Shown: positions 25,800-39,805, counted from the first letter of the stretch. The stretch is DNA of 64,000 nucleotides from Malacoraja senta (GCA_038087875.1 CM075989.1:24182001-24246000); one strand, 5' to 3'. The notes: generated from the letters alone by a model not told the origin. A program made the numbers and translations.

Positions 25800-26380
25800 C
25801 ATAAGTCATGGGAGCAGAAGTAGGCCATTTGGCCCATCGATTCTACTCCACCATTTAATCATGGCTGACCTAACTTTCCCTTTCAATCCCATTCTCCTGA
25901 CCTCCCCATGACCCTTAACACCCTTACTAATCAAGTATCTGTCAATCCCCACCTTAAAAAACCCCACTGACTTGGCCTTCACAGCCATCTGTGGCAAAGA
26001 ATTCCACAGATTCACCACCCTCTGGCTAAAGAAATGCATCCTCATCTCCCTTCTAAAGGTATGTTCTTTTATTGTGAGGCTGTGACCTCTGGTCCTAGAC
26101 TCAGCCACAAGTGGAAACATCCTCTCCACATCCACACTATCCAGGCCTTTCTCTAATCAGTAAGTTTCCCCCTCATTCTTCTAAACTCCAGTGTTTAGAG
26201 GCCCGGTGCCATTGAATGCTAATCATACGTTGACCCTATCATCCGCAGGATCATTCTTTTAAACCTCTTCTGGACCCTCTCCAACGCCAGCTCATCTCTT
26301 CAGATTTGGGGTCCAAGATTGGTCACAATACTCCAAAAGCAGACTGACCAGTGCCTTATGATGCCTCAGTATTACATCTG
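25800..26380 (-). mobile_element. CR1 3' fragment
   Basis: MDVERMFPLVAESRTRGHSL..FFSQRVVNLWNSLPQ. Confidence 0.9.
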
Positions 26381-26838
26381 TGTTTGGACGTACTCGGGCA
26401 TCACCAGGGTAAAGCAACATCTGTAAATGTGTGACACTGCCCTTCGTGCAATTAGCAGCGGGAATCCTGATGTGTTCTTCTTCCCTGTCCTAAAACGCTG
26501 ATGATAAATCTAATTATGTTGCCTGTGGTGTTGCCATGTCAGGCCTGTGGATTTAATAAAATATATATCACACTCCCAAAAATATAGTCACATGATGCAG
26601 ATGCTGGAACCTGAAGAAAAGCACAAAGTACTGGAGTAACTCAATGGATCAGGCAGCAACTGTGGAGAGAAAGGGTAAGCGACGTTTCAGGTCGGGACAA
26701 TTCTTCACTGATGGACTGGGGGAGAGGAAGAGAGGCCGGGGAAGGGCAAAGTCTGGCAAGTGATAGGTGGATACAAGTGGGGAGGGTGGGGGTAATTGGC
26801 AGATGGGTGATTGGTAAACTGAAGGAGGGTCCTAACCT

Positions 26839-27165
26839 GAAACGTCACCTATCACTTGCTCCACAGATGCTGCCTGACCCGCTGAGTTACTCCAGCACTC
26901 TGTGAAACGTCATTTATCCATGTTCTCCACAGATGCTGCCTGACCCACTGAGTTACTCCAGCATGCTGTGAAACGTCACCTATCCATGTTCTCCACTGAT
27001 GCTGCCTGACCCGCTGAGTTACTCCAGCACTCTGTGAAACGTCACCTATCCATGTTCTCCAGAGATGCTGCCTGACCCACTGAGTTACTCCAGCACTCTG
27101 TGAAACGTCACCTATCCATGTTCTCCAGAGATGCAGCCTGACCCACTGAGTTACTCCAGCACTTT
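26839..27165 (+). repeat. Five 66-bp PLE-derived tandem units
   Basis: gaaacgtc at 26839, 26904, 26970, 27036, 27102. Confidence 0.9.
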
Positions 27166-27858
27166 GCGTTTACCAAACATACAAGTTGTGTGTTGACTCC
27201 TAATTTAGAACTTAACCTAAATGAGAACAAAACGCCAGCAGACTTCAAGTGGTCAAGCCTCTTCGATGGAGACAAAAGATGTTTGTCAATGTTTCAGGAC
27301 AAGAGCTTGATCACGTTTTGCTTCCACAGGCAGTGCTTGACCTGCTATGCTCTGCAACATCAGGAGTTTGTGTTTCGATTCCAACATCTGCAATCTCTTT
27401 CATCTTTCTATTTTAAGAATAATTCTGGCTTTCTCAATTGCATCTGAAACTTATAAACCAGAAGCAATCTGTTGGCAGGGCCGAGGACAAGGATCACAGC
27501 CCTTGGCTCCATTAATTGGACATATTAATCTTGCTTCATTTCTCTTAACATATCATTGAAGGACAAATGTCATTGTCAGTTTTCTATAAGAAATATGACA
27601 AGCATAAATTAGTCTGAGAATATTTTTAGATGGCGAGAGTGGCATGGAAATGATGTGATGCGTAGGAAATATTTACTTTAAATACATTGCCAGCTGATCT
27701 TTTAATACAATTCTCGGGATGGTTGATGCATTGACTGCTGTGCCACAATCTACCATCTCTACAATGCCAGGATAAACTGGATGCACAGAGTCTCTTGCCA
27801 GAGTAGGTGAATCAAGGACCAGAGGACATAGGTTCAAGGTGAAGGGGAAAAGATTTTT

Positions 27859-28200
27859 CACAGCCTCACAGCACCAGGGACCCGGGTTCAATCTTAACTC
27901 CGGGTGCTGTCTGTATGGAGTTTGTACGTTCTCCCTGTGACCGCATGGTTTTCTCCAGGTGCTCCGGTTTCCTCCCACACTCCAAAGATATACAGGTTTG
28001 TAAGATAATTGGCTTTGGTAAAGATTGTAAATTCAGTTTATCAGTTTAGTTTATTGTCACGTATACCGAGGTAGAGTGAAAACCTTTAAAATTGTCCCGA
28101 GAGTGTAGGATGATGTTAGTGTTCGGAGGAGTGATCGCTGGTCGGCGCAGACTCAGTGGGCCGAAGGGCCTGTTTCTCTGCCGTATCTCTAAAGTCCAAA
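27859..28200 (+). mobile_element. V-SINE, preceded by a CR1 piece (about 27770-27856) and interrupted by a Rex1 tail
   Basis: V-domain; gtttattgtcacgtataccgagg insert at about 28035-28090. Confidence 0.75.
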
Positions 28201-28822
28201 GTCAAAGCAGGTTCACATTCCGTCTGCACCGGGTAGCTAATGATGGAAGCCAGCATGGGACTGTTGACAGACGCCACACTGCATTCTGTTCAAATGATGA
28301 AACATGGGAACATTTCCCTTTCATGTCCGTCTATTTTAAGTTTTGACCTTGAATTAATCCACGAGGATCTCTTCCACCTTATTTTAAGAAGAGGAAAATG
28401 TTTCATAAAAGCATTTGTATTGGCACCTGGGCGTGTAAACAGAACAAGTAGACGGGTGAATGGTTGACATGGTTGTATTATTAACCAACGGCATGAGTCC
28501 TCTTGTTCTGCTTTTGTGGCTCATTTTCCTAGAATAACGCAAATAGTGTTTTGTAAAGCTTTCAGAAGCTTTACAATCTGGAGGAGATGGATTTGATGAA
28601 TTGTGAACCTTGCCAAGGCTGGGGTGTGGTGACGTATCTGTCATCACATCAAATGCAGGGAAGAAAATGGAACGGGCTGCAACATGTGGGACGTCACAAG
28701 CAACTTTATTTTAATATCGTCAAAACAGTGATGAAGTTATGGTAGGCCAGAAGGAATTTCTATTACAAGAGAGAGTCAAGGTGAGAATATAGTTTCAAAA
28801 CAATTCTAGATAGTTCCGAGGG

Positions 28823-29117
28823 TGGCATAGTGGCACAGCGGTAGAGTTGCTGCCTTCTAGCGCAAGAGACCCAGGTTTGATCTTGATTAAAGTTGCTGTC
28901 CATGCGGAGTTTGCACGTTCTCCCTGTGACCACGTGGTTTTTCTCCAGGTGCTCAGGTTTCCTCCCACACTCCAGTGTGGGTTTGTAGATTAATTGGCTT
29001 CTGTAAAACTCCCTCTTGTCCGTTTGATCGAGTTATTGTACAAGGTGATTGCTGGTCAGTGTGGACTCGATGGGCCGAAGGGCCTGTTGTCATGCTGTGT
29101 CTCTAAACTCAACTAAA
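28823..29117 (+). mobile_element. V-SINE
   Basis: A box, V-domain and 3' tail. Confidence 0.8.
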
Positions 29118-29377
29118 TTGATTTGCACACAACCAGCACAAAGTCCTTAAATGAGGTGCACTGTAATAGAGATTAAATCTTTAGCACTAGAAGATACTTT
29201 GAGCACTTTAAAGTTCGAAGGTGATTGTAAGTTTTCAGCTGATGGGACATTCTGGCTTGCTTTACGCTGCATATGAAACAAATGTAGTTTATATTCTTTT
29301 TAGATCTCCAGTCTGGAGAATACAAATGTCATCTCGACAATGACCAACCCAGCCAAGCATGAGGTTTTAGTGGTGTG

Positions 29378-29795
29378 GAGGAAGGTACTGCAGAAGCTGG
29401 TTTACACCCAAGATAGACCCAAAACGCTGGAGTAACTCAGCGGGCCAGGCAGCAACTTTGGAGAAAAGATATAGGTGACGTATCTGGTCGAGATCCCACC
29501 TCAGACTCTGGAGAAGGGTCTCGACCCGAAAAGTCACCAATTTCTTTCCTCCAGAGATGCTGCCTGTCCCGCTGAGTTACTCCAGCATTTTGTTGTCTTT
29601 CTTCGGTTTAAACCAGCATCTGCTACAGTTCCTTCCTACACAGAGTTTTTAATATTTAAGATGCTGGAAAAATCGAAGGTAGACAAAAATGCTGGAGAAA
29701 CTCAGCGGGTGAGGCAGCATCTATGGAGCGAAGGAACAGGTGACTATTTCCTTCACTCCATAGATGCTGCCTCACCTGCCGATTTTTGTCTACCG
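29378..29795. mobile_element. Two adjacent PLE-derived foldbacks (subtypes A and B)
   Basis: Inverted arms at 29378-29642 and 29657-29795. Confidence 0.75.
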
Positions 29796-30422
29796 CAGGG
29801 TTTTTAATAGGTCGGTTCCTGCAACATGATTGAGTCCTGTGGTGGAAATCTAATCTAACTAACGGATTTATATTTGCATCAAATAGCGGAAATCCTTCTG
29901 GACATTCTTTCCCCTGGTCTCCCAGTGGCATCACAGAGAAGGATGTAGACCCTTAACTTGCAGCAAAGGAAAGGATTGAAGGATTGGAAACAGCAGCCAC
30001 AAACAACGTCAGGCCCACAGACACTTTGCAGGGCAACCCCATAAATTAAGGACAAACACTAGGCTTGTCCCATCAATCTCTTTGCCTCTGTTGAGTCAAA
30101 AAAGTGGAATGCATGAATTAGAAATCATAACACGACACCAGAGTTTGTGCGATGTTCTGTTTTTACACAAAAATTGAACATCCACTCGAACCACTGTTGT
30201 AAAATGTAACAGCAGCTAAGTCTTGTTATAATGGATGTTTGTAAGTCCCATTAATCACCTCCCAGGAAGTGTGTAGGAGTCAGTTATGTGTTACATGAGG
30301 AAAAGACACATTTCAGAAGATAAACTTTGTTTATTTGTAGGTTTGGCCTGCACTCAAAGTCAACGTTATTTTCAGTTTAATTTCCCTGCTTGCAGCAGAG
30401 TGGCGCAAGCATTACAAAGTGG

Positions 30423-31053
30423 AGGAAGGAACTGCAGATGCTGCTTTACACCGAAGATAGACACAAAATGCTGGAGGAACTCAGCGGGACAGGCAGCATC
30501 TCTGGAGAGAAGGAATGGGTGATGTTTCGGGTCAAGACCCTTCTTCAGACTCATGTCAGGGGAGAGGCAGTTACATAGATAAGGAAGTGTATAGATAAGG
30601 AAGTGTGAGGTGTGAAAACAGGACAAAGGGAATGCAGATCAAGGAAAATGTAGAGTAGATCATTGTTCCATTAGATGAGTCCGAAGAAGGGTCTCGACCC
30701 GAAACATTACCCATTCTTTCTCTCCAAAGTCACTGCCTGTCCCGCTGAGTTACTCCAGCATTTTGTGTCCATCTTCGATTTAGACCAGCATCTGCAGTTC
30801 CTTCCTAAACATAGAGCATTGTTAGTTGGGAGAAGGTAACAACAAACAGGGAGGGGATGGAGAGAGAGGGAAAGCAAGGGCTACTTTGAGTTTGAGAAGT
30901 CAATGTTCGTACCGATGGGGTGTAAGCTGCCCAAGTGAAATATAAGGTGCTGTTCCTCCAATTTGCGCCGGGCCTCACTCTGACAACGGAGGAGGCCCAG
31001 GACAGAAAGGCCAGTGTGGGAATGGGAGGGGGAGTTAAAGTGTTTAGCAACCA
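30423..31053 (-). mobile_element. Penelope-like element 3' fragment with a nested PLE unit (about 30668-30810)
   Basis: Reverse frame LSVLGLLRCQSEARRKLEEQHLIFHLGSLHPIGTNIDFSN (GIY-YIG tail); imperfect TSD taga(t/g)cattgtt. Confidence 0.8.
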
Positions 31054-31631
31054 GTTAGAATGTGTATTCAGCACTGTAGAGTTGTAGCAGTACTACAGTG
31101 AAGCCTTGGGCTGAAGGTGGCCCTTGCCCATAGAACAAGCCGCGCCTTCTCACTGGATTGATGACCAATCCTGCTAATTGCACTCATATGCTGGGCTTTG
31201 AGGAGTCTCCAAGAATGTAGCTGGCAGCGAACCACTTAATAGGTATGATTTGAAATGTTTTTAATATTTTTCCAGATTGCTAAGTAAATGCCTTTTACAC
31301 CCCAAGCAAACTGAATCATAGTTCTCAATATATTTTTTCAGATGTAACATTTGGTCATTTAAAATTGGGTTAAGCCAATAATAATAGCCAGACGCTGTGG
31401 TTTGAAACATTCGTGTTCTATGAAAAACCTATTTTCAGCAGTATTAATTAAATGTTTTCATTTGTAAATTAAACCAAACCATTCACGCAATACTTAACAT
31501 GGGTCTAACTATCTGTCCTGAAAACTATCCTCCAGAGATGCTGCCTGTCCCACTGAGTTACTCCAGTATTTTGTGTCTATCTTCACTATCGTTTACACTC
31601 TGGGTTGGTCATTAGTTATCTCTCAAAAGGT

Positions 31632-31882
31632 CACAAAGTGCTGGAGTAACTCAGCGGGTCAGGCAGCATCTGTGGAGAACATGGATAGGTGACGTTTCAC
31701 AGAGTGCTGGAGTAACTCAGCGGGTCAGGCAGCATCTGTGGAGAACATGGATGGGTGACGTTTCACAGAGTGCTGGAGTAACTCAGCGGGTCAGGCAGCA
31801 TCTGTGGAGAACATGGATAGGTGACGTTTCACAGAGTGCTGGAGTAACTCAGCGGGTCAGGCAGCATCTGTGGAGAACATGG
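31632..31882 (-). repeat. About four 66-bp PLE-derived tandem units
   Basis: Near-identical repeats of cagagtgctggagtaactcagcgggtcaggcagcatctgtggagaacatggataggtgacgtttca. Confidence 0.9.
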
Positions 31883-32171
31883 GTTGGGACCTCCCTGGTT
31901 TGCCGTTGGGTGGTAAATTAGTTACGTTTAGTTTATAGCCACGCGTACCGAGTGAAACGTTTGTGTTAACCAGTCAGCAGAAAGACTATACATGATTACA
32001 ACCGAGCTGCCCACAGTAATGGCCTTCCAGAAACTTGTCTCAGTTTGACCAATTGGGTGGCAAAGGAGGACCACAGCCAGATACTTTAATGGTTAATAAG
32101 TTGAGGGACAATGTGTAATAAACGAGACTGGAAACTGAGGCACCCTTTGATCTGTTTCACTATAGCTTAGA

Positions 32172-32470
32172 GTTTAGTTCAGAGATACAGCCTGGAAGCA
32201 GGCCCATTGGCCCATCGAGTCCATGCCGACCATCGATCACCCGTTCAAACTAGTTTTTTCCTACATACTGGGGACAATATTTACAGAAGCCAATTAACCT
32301 ACAAACCTGTACGTCTTTGGAATATGGGAGGAAACTGGAGCACCCAGAGAAAACCCACGTGGTCACAAGGAGAACGTACAAACTCCGCACAGACAGCACC
32401 CGTGGCCAGGATTGGACCCAGGTAAATGTCACTGAAAGGCAGCAGGTCTATCGCTGCCACAGTGCCACCC
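32172..32470 (-). mobile_element. V-SINE
   Basis: Reverse complement of the 9170 copy. Confidence 0.8.
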
Positions 32471-34209
32471 TATAGTTTCTCGTTCCCTAGACCAGTGTTT
32501 AAATTGACTGTTCAATCATTGAATGAATGCATTCTGGTGGGATTACCAAGACTGTGAGTTGCCTGTAATCAGATGAGACAGTGGGGGACTCGACTTTGAG
32601 CTTCCAACAGTTTGTTCGAATCGTCACCACAGAGCAACATGTCTCCAACTCCAAATCAAATTGCGATACTAATTTATTTTGCTTGCTCATCACATTGAGG
32701 CTGTTGTAGGTAGTTTTGTTTTCTAACCTGCTCTAACCCTGGAGGCAAAATATGGAATCCATTAAATGGAATCCAGGGATTAGTGAGTCATTAAAGAGGC
32801 AGTAAGGTCTGAGTGTAGTTATTTGCATGCAGGCAGAATGATTGCTTATGAAAACTTTTAGTGACGGCGTATAGAATCTGCTAAAAGCAGCAATAATATT
32901 TTTGTTAATTGTAATCTGGTGAACGTTAAATCCACGACAAATTATGAAGAACTAAAGGAAACTTTTGGGGTTAATGTGAGCTCCTGTTAGAAGTTTACCA
33001 TTTGCCTCCCAGCAGAAATCCCAGCATGTTATTGATTTGTGGAGTTGCAGCCAGGATTGCCGTGTGTGTGTGTATTTAGCCGTTCCTATAGCCTCACATC
33101 ATTTAGTGCATTGGTTCATTTTGTCACGGTGCCAGTGAAGCCAATGTCACTCCAGGCCGTTTGATGGCGTGCAGGTGTGGAGTGGACGCCCTGCTGGGAA
33201 ACGCAACCAGCAACATCGAAAGCCTTTTTAATTAAATGCGCGAGAATTGCAGCCTTTTTATAAAATCTAACGATTTAGTACAAATCAAAACGTCAACACG
33301 GAAAACGGCGGACAGCGAAGGGGGGGAAAACACTGGGATCTGTTCTGATTTCCAGACTGAAGTGGGTGAATGTTAAAGCCCTCTCTATAAACACCATGCT
33401 CGATGGCGAGGGTTAGAGAGGCTGCGCTGGTGACCTTGGGAGGATCTGCCAGCATTTACCTGAGGCACTGGATCTTTCAACCATTAGCAGTTGAAGGGAT
33501 ATGTTCTTTGTTCTAGGACTTGAGAGCGATTTAGAAATTGGCTCAAGCCCTCACTTTAAGTCCAGTTCATGTCTAAATCTCCATTTACGTTACAGATGTG
33601 AACCAGGTGTTGTTTTTTTTCCAATATCTCCATTTTTGTTTACGGTCGGGCAGATTTTGGCAACCCCCGCTAACAACTGCCCAGACATAGGACTTCTTTT
33701 GAAGGCTGAGTTCATAACCATTTTCCTTCCGTAGACCTTTGGCAATGAGTATGATCTTAGCGTAGTTTGTTGTCACGTGTACCGAGGTACAGTGGAAGGC
33801 TTTTGTTAAAGCAAATCTTCTTCCTTGTGTCCGGCCATCTTCTATTTCACGTCTTTCCGGTCGGTCAGTGACGGTTGACGGTCGGTGGTTGCAGAATTGG
33901 CTACATCAGTCAGTCACTGTGGTACAGTTTCTGTCGTCAGCATTGCCCGGGACGCGCCACGTGGAGGCTTCTGCTTGCATCCCGTTAAAGCAAGTAATGT
34001 TGTATGGAAACCTGTAAGACCAAACCTCATACTGTTGAGCAAAAGTCTCAGTTTCTGAATGGGCTGAATGAAGCAGCAGTTCCATGGACAGGAGACATGG
34101 ACAATATCTATTCATTCAAGGGAGGGGAATGGACAGATGATGTTTTGGCTTGTGGGACTATTCTTCAATCTGATGAAGGTCCTTCAAACTGCAGGAGTCT
34201 CAAACCAAA

Positions 34210-34830
34210 ACATAGAAACATAGAAAACAGGTGCAGGAGTAGGCCATTTGGCCCTTCGAGCCTGCACCGCCATTCAATATGATCATGGCTGATCATCCAA
34301 CTCAGTATCTTGTACCTGCTTTCTCTCCATACCCCCTGATCCCTTTAGCCACAAGGGCCACATCTAACTCCCTCTTAAATATAGCCAATGAACTGGCCTC
34401 AACTACATTCTGTGGCAGAGAATTCCAGAGATTCACCACTCTCTGTGTTAAAAATGTTTTTCTCATCTCGGTCCTAAAAGACTTCCCCCTTATCCTTAAA
34501 CTATGACCCCTTGTTCTGGACTTCCCCAACATCAGGAACAATCTTCCTGCATCTAGCCTGTCCAACCCCTTAAGAATTTTGTAAATTTCTATAAGATCCC
34601 CCCTCAATCTTCTAAATTCTAGTGAGTACAAGCCGAGTCCATCCAGTCTTTCTTCATATGAAAGTCCTGACATCCCAGGAATCAGTCTGGTGAACCTTCT
34701 CTGCACTCCCTCTTTGGCAAGAATGTCTTTCCTCAGATTAGGAGACCAAAACTGTACGCAATACTCCAGGTGTGGTCTCACCAAGACCCTGTACAACTGC
34801 AGTAGAACCTCCCTGCTCCTATACTCAAAA
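34210..34830 (-). mobile_element. CR1 3' fragment
   Basis: EYRSREVLLQLYRVLVRPHLEYCVQFWSP..QRRFTRLIPG; catagaaa tail. Confidence 0.93.
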
Positions 34831-35278
34831 CACTGTCCATTTCCCTCCACAGATGCTGACTTTCTGAGTTCCTCCAGCGCTTTGTAGATGCTCAAATCAG
34901 AACAAAATACAATTTATTGTGCCTCTATTTGTTTATTGTTTGCGGTGGCGTTTTTATAGGTCCATGTTGTGAGATAATACCACATCGTGTGAAGAAGTCT
35001 TTGCCACCTCATAAGTTTAACAGTCAGGTTGCTTGAGGTGATGGCTCCGTGTTATACAAATGGGATGTCGTTGGTAATCTGTACAAAGTATTGTTTTCAG
35101 TCTGAGTTCTTTAAAAGGGTGTTTGGCAAGTCTTTGTTTATGAATAAAATATTTAAGGATTATATGAGTGCACCTCCAATAAGTCCAGGAAGCAGAGCCA
35201 AAGAGCAGAGTTTGCAGTTTTACACTGCAATGTGAAGTATGTTGGCCTAAATCTTTGGCTTATGTGATTTCAATCAAG

Positions 35279-35545
35279 TGGCACAGTGGTGCAGCGGTAG
35301 AGTTGCTGCCTCACAGCGCCAGAGACCCAGGTTCGATCCTGTCTACGGGTGCTGTCTGTACGGAGTTTGTAATTTCTCCCCGTGACTGCGTGGGTTTTCC
35401 CCGGGTGCTCCAGTTTCCTCCCACACTCCAAAGACGTGCTGGTTTGTAGGTTAATTGGCTTCCGTAAAAATTGTCCCCGGTGTGTAGGTGAGTGCTAGTG
35501 TATGGGGATCGCTGGTCGGCACGGACTCAGCGGGCCGAAGGGCCA
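35279..35545 (+). mobile_element. V-SINE
   Basis: A/B boxes and V-domain. Confidence 0.85.
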
Positions 35546-35832
35546 TGTGTTTAATTGTTTGGTGTATTTTTTTTATTGTGTTTTCTCTTTGATATTATGT
35601 GAATTATTTTTTATCATTCCTTTATTAATCTTTCAATGTGAAATATATACATAGCCCTTTAGGGACAGAACTCTGGGAGTGTCGTCAGGTGTGTAAAGGG
35701 TGGCAGAGTGATGCAGCAAGACGGGCTATGGGCTTCAAAGGTTCCACACCCTGGCTTCAGTCCTGACCTCCGGTGCTGTCTGTGTCCAGTATGCATCGTT
35801 TTTCTGTAACTCTGTAGGTTTCTCCCTGATGA

Positions 35833-36216
35833 AACATAGACACATAGATAATAGGTGCAGGAGTAGGCCATTCAGCCCTTCGAGCCAGCACCGCCATTCA
35901 ATACCCTCTTCCTGCTTTCTCCCCATATCTCTTGATTCCTTTAGCCCTAAGAACTAAATCTAACTCTCCCTTGAAAGCATCCAGTGAATCGGCCTCCACT
36001 GCTTTCCGTGGCAGAGAATTCCACAAATTCACAACTCTCAGGGTGAAAAGTCTTTCCTCATCTCAGTCCTAAATGGCCTACGCGTTCTTCTTAAACTGTG
36101 ACCCCTGGTTCTGGACTCCCCCAACATCGGGAATTTTTTCCTGCATCTAGCCTGTCCAATCCGTTACGAATTTTATATGTTTCTCTAAGATCCCCTCTCA
36201 TTCTTCTACATTCCAG
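35833..36216 (-). mobile_element. CR1 3' fragment inserted in a diverged V-SINE
   Basis: CR1 tail homology; SINE head at 35701-35830 resumes at about 36216. Confidence 0.8.
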
Positions 36217-36310
36217 ATGCTCCCGTATCATCCCACATGTATACTAGTCGCTAGGTTAATTGGCTGCTGTTTGTGTGCAAGTGAAGAGTGAACCCTTGGA
36301 GGAGTTGCTG

Positions 36311-36775
36311 AGGTTCGGCAACTTGAGTGCCCTGGAGAGGAAAAGACTACAAAAAGTAGTAAACACTGCCCAGTCCATCATCGGCTCTGACCTCCCTTCC
36401 ATCGAGGGGATCTACCACAGTCGCTGCCTCAAAAAGGCTGGCAGCATCATCAAGGACCCACACCATCCTGGCCACACACTCATCTCCCTACTACCTTCAG
36501 GTAGAAGGTACAGGAGCCTGAAGACTGCAACGACCAGGTTCAGGAACAGCTACTTCCCCACAGCCATCAGGCTATTAAACCTGGCTCGGACATAACACTG
36601 AACTTTACTAGCCAATACTGTTATTTGCACTTTATCAGTATATTGACCATTGTGTATATATTTATAGAATGCCTTGTAGTAAATGCCTACTATGTTCTGT
36701 TGTGCTCAAGCAAAGCAAGAATTTCATTGTCCTACCAGGGACACATGACAATAAACTCACTTGACTTGACTTGAC
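36311..36775 (+). mobile_element. Rex1/Babar-like LINE 3' fragment
   Basis: FGNLSALERKRLQKVVNTAQSIIG..RCLKKAGSIIKDPHHPGH..LLPSGRRYRS..RFRNSYFPTAIRLLN; (ACTTG)n tail. Confidence 0.9.
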
Positions 36776-36987
36776 GTGCGTGCGGAGAATAACATGAGAT
36801 TAGGATCAACATTTGCTTGCTGGTCTGCGTGGACTCTCAGCCTATGTTCCCAGGGTGGAGGTGTCCAACACTAGGGGGCAGAGCTACAAAGTGAGAGGAG
36901 GCAAGTTTAATGGAGACGGACGTTTGAAATCAAATCCCCTTAATCAGAATAACCTGCCAAATGCCGTTGATTCTGAACATCCCTGAT

Positions 36988-37355
36988 GACAATAGACAAT
37001 AGACAATAGGTGCAGGAGTAGGCCATTCGGCCCTTCGAGCCAGCACCGCCATTCAATGTGATCATGGCTGATCATCCCCAATCAGTACCCCGTTCCTGCC
37101 TTCTCCCCATATCCCCCTGACTCCGCTATCTTTAAGAGCCATATCTAGCTCTCTCTTGAAAGTATCCAGAGAACTGGCCTCCACATATCTCTTGATTCCA
37201 CAGACTCACAACTCTGTGTGAGAAAAAGTGTTTCCTCGTCTCTGTTCTAAATGACTTACCCCTTATTCTTCAACTGTGGCCCCTGGTTCTGGACTCCCCC
37301 AACATCGGGAACATCTTTCCTGCCTCTAGCGTGTCCAAGCCCTTAATAATCTTAT
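36988..37355 (-). mobile_element. CR1 3' fragment
   Basis: Nearly the same sequence as 12765-13130. Confidence 0.9.
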
Positions 37356-37974
37356 TCTTAATCTTAGTCAAACACATCAACGATTAAAAATAGTTTAAAA
37401 GAGCTTTAATCATTTTGGGCAGTTTAGTTTATTGTCACGTGTACCGAGGTACAGTGAAAAGCTTTTGTTGCGTGCGAACCAGTTAAAGAAAATACTGTAC
37501 ATGAATACCAATGAAAGATTCATGAAAACTTGACAGTGACATTTTTTGCTTGCATACCTTGTCAAGGTATACGATAGTTGCCCATGAAAGAGGCTTACAA
37601 AGTCACAAATCCCAATCGATCCGTCCCTGATGTGAAATGAAGGGTGACATAGATCTGTAGATCTGTCAGGTTATCTGTGGGATCGGGTGTGCCAGCATCA
37701 CCCCCCCCCCCCCCCCCCCTCTTCCCGCTTATCTTTGACATCCAGAAGTTAGTGTATTGCGACAGGTTGGTACCAAACCCACTGGTGAAGAGAAACTGGC
37801 TACATGCTTTCTGTGGAACTGGCCATCAATGCAAAGCAATGTTGGATCACTGAATGTAAAACCAAGTGCAGAAAGTAAATTTCAACGGGATGGGGAAAAA
37901 AGGATTAATTGAAAAGAGAAAAATTGGATTGGGCAAACTAACCGGTAGTTTAATTTTAGTTTTACTAACTTTTA

Positions 37975-38270
37975 CTTTAGTTTAGAGATACAGCGCAGAA
38001 ACAGGCTCTTCGGCCCATCGAGTCCGCATCGACCAACACTCACCCGTACACTAGCACTATCCTACACGCGCACACTAGGGTGAAATTACAATTTTACCAA
38101 AGCCAATTAACCTGGGAGTGTGGGAGGAAACCAGAGCACCCGGAGAAAACCCACTCAGGTCACGGGGAGAATGTAAAAACTCCATACAGACAGCACCCGT
38201 TGTCAGGATTGAACCTGGGTCCCTGTAAGGAAGCTGTACGAAAACAACTCGACCGCTGCGCCACCATGCC
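37975..38270 (-). mobile_element. V-SINE
   Basis: Reverse copy. Confidence 0.8.
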
Positions 38271-39179
38271 ATCCCCAAAGTTGAAGGAAGGATTTAATTT
38301 TTTTTTAAATAATCTCCAACAATAATTAAAATTTGAGTTAATGAGACTTCAGTTTTTTGAAAGGCAACATTAGATGCCAGGAAGATTAGTCGGCCACTAT
38401 TTCAGATCTCCCAGATCATTAAACACGTGTTTAAGCTGGAATGGACAACCCATAAATTTCTCGTAATTTTGATCCATAACTGAATTAAGAACAGGAACTT
38501 TCTTTCAATGTATTTCAAAGAGAAGCCAGATGGCATAATGTCATTCTTGGAATGGTATTGAAGGAACATTGCATCTGGGACCAAAACGTTCCGATTTTTG
38601 CATTTAATTTCACATGCACTATAGCCAAAGGTTATGATCTAATTTCCACAAGAAAAAAAACCCATGATTCGGTATATAAAGTCCAAGGCAAGTATTGAAA
38701 GGCTGCCAGTGGGAGGTTAGAGTGTAGTTGTTCATGTCTTGTGTCTAGGTCAAAGACCAGCAGTACACTGTCATCTGATCTCCATGGAGTAGAATGATTG
38801 GAATATTTGGCAGTAAATTCACACCAGCCAGTGGTAGATATAAATACCAATGTGTGAAACATAAAAAAGCAACATTTTGGTTCTGGAGGCACAGATATTT
38901 AGGGTAAAGCAGGCATATAAATCATGTATCTATACACTGTAAATGGATAGATTGTAATCATGTTTTGTCTTTCTGGTGACTGGTTAGCACGCAACAAAAA
39001 GCTTTTCACTGTACCTCGTTCCACGTGACAATAAACTAAACTGAAGCTGATAAATCGCACGTGGCTGGGTGCCTTTGAAGAAATGTTGGCAATATGATTG
39101 AAGCCTTGTAGTAATTTGAAACATTGAAAGGAGCCAAGGAGTAGCAACAGCAGAGTATATTGAGCAATATGAATATTGT

Positions 39180-39460
39180 ACAGTGGTGCAGCGGTAGAGT
39201 TGCTGCCTCACAGCGCCAGAGACCCGGTTTGATCCTGACCTAACCGTCTGTATGGAGTTTAACGTTCTCCCTGTGACTGCGTGGGTTTTCTCCAAGTGCT
39301 CTGGTTTCCTCCCACACTCCAAAGACGTGTTAATTGGCTTCAGTAAAGTTGTAAATTGTCCCTAACGCGTCGGGTAGTGCTAGTGCGCGAGGCTCGCCTG
39401 TCGGTGCGGACTCAGTGGGTCGGCAGGGCCTGTTTCCACGCTGTATCTCTAAAGTCTAAA
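39180..39460 (+). mobile_element. V-SINE
   Basis: A box, V-domain and tail. Confidence 0.82.
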
Positions 39461-39689
39461 GGCTGTGTGCTAAAGTCCTATACAGTTGGGTGGGGAGGTG
39501 CAGGATGGTGACATACTCCCACCTCAAGAGGGACAGTTTAATTTATTGTCACATGTGCCGAGGTACAGTGAAAAGCTTTTAGTCGCGCGCTAACCAGTCA
39601 GCGGAAAGGCAGTACTTGAGCAGCAGGATGTGTAACTTGAAAGGGGTCACGGAAGCGTTGGTGTTTGAAACCCTTCTCATTAACACGAG

Positions 39690-39805
39690 ATTTACCAGAG
39701 CCACTTGATGACTTCTTTGGTCAAATCCTGCCTTGACATCAAGGGTGGCCACTGTCACCACGCCTCTGAATTCATCTCCTTCATCCATGTTTAGCCACTG
39801 TGACA
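39690..39805 (-). mobile_element. Ancient LINE RT remnant
   Basis: FRGVVTVATLDVKAGFDQRSHQVAL resembles the CR1/L2-type RT motif ALDIKAAFDRVWH. Confidence 0.55.
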
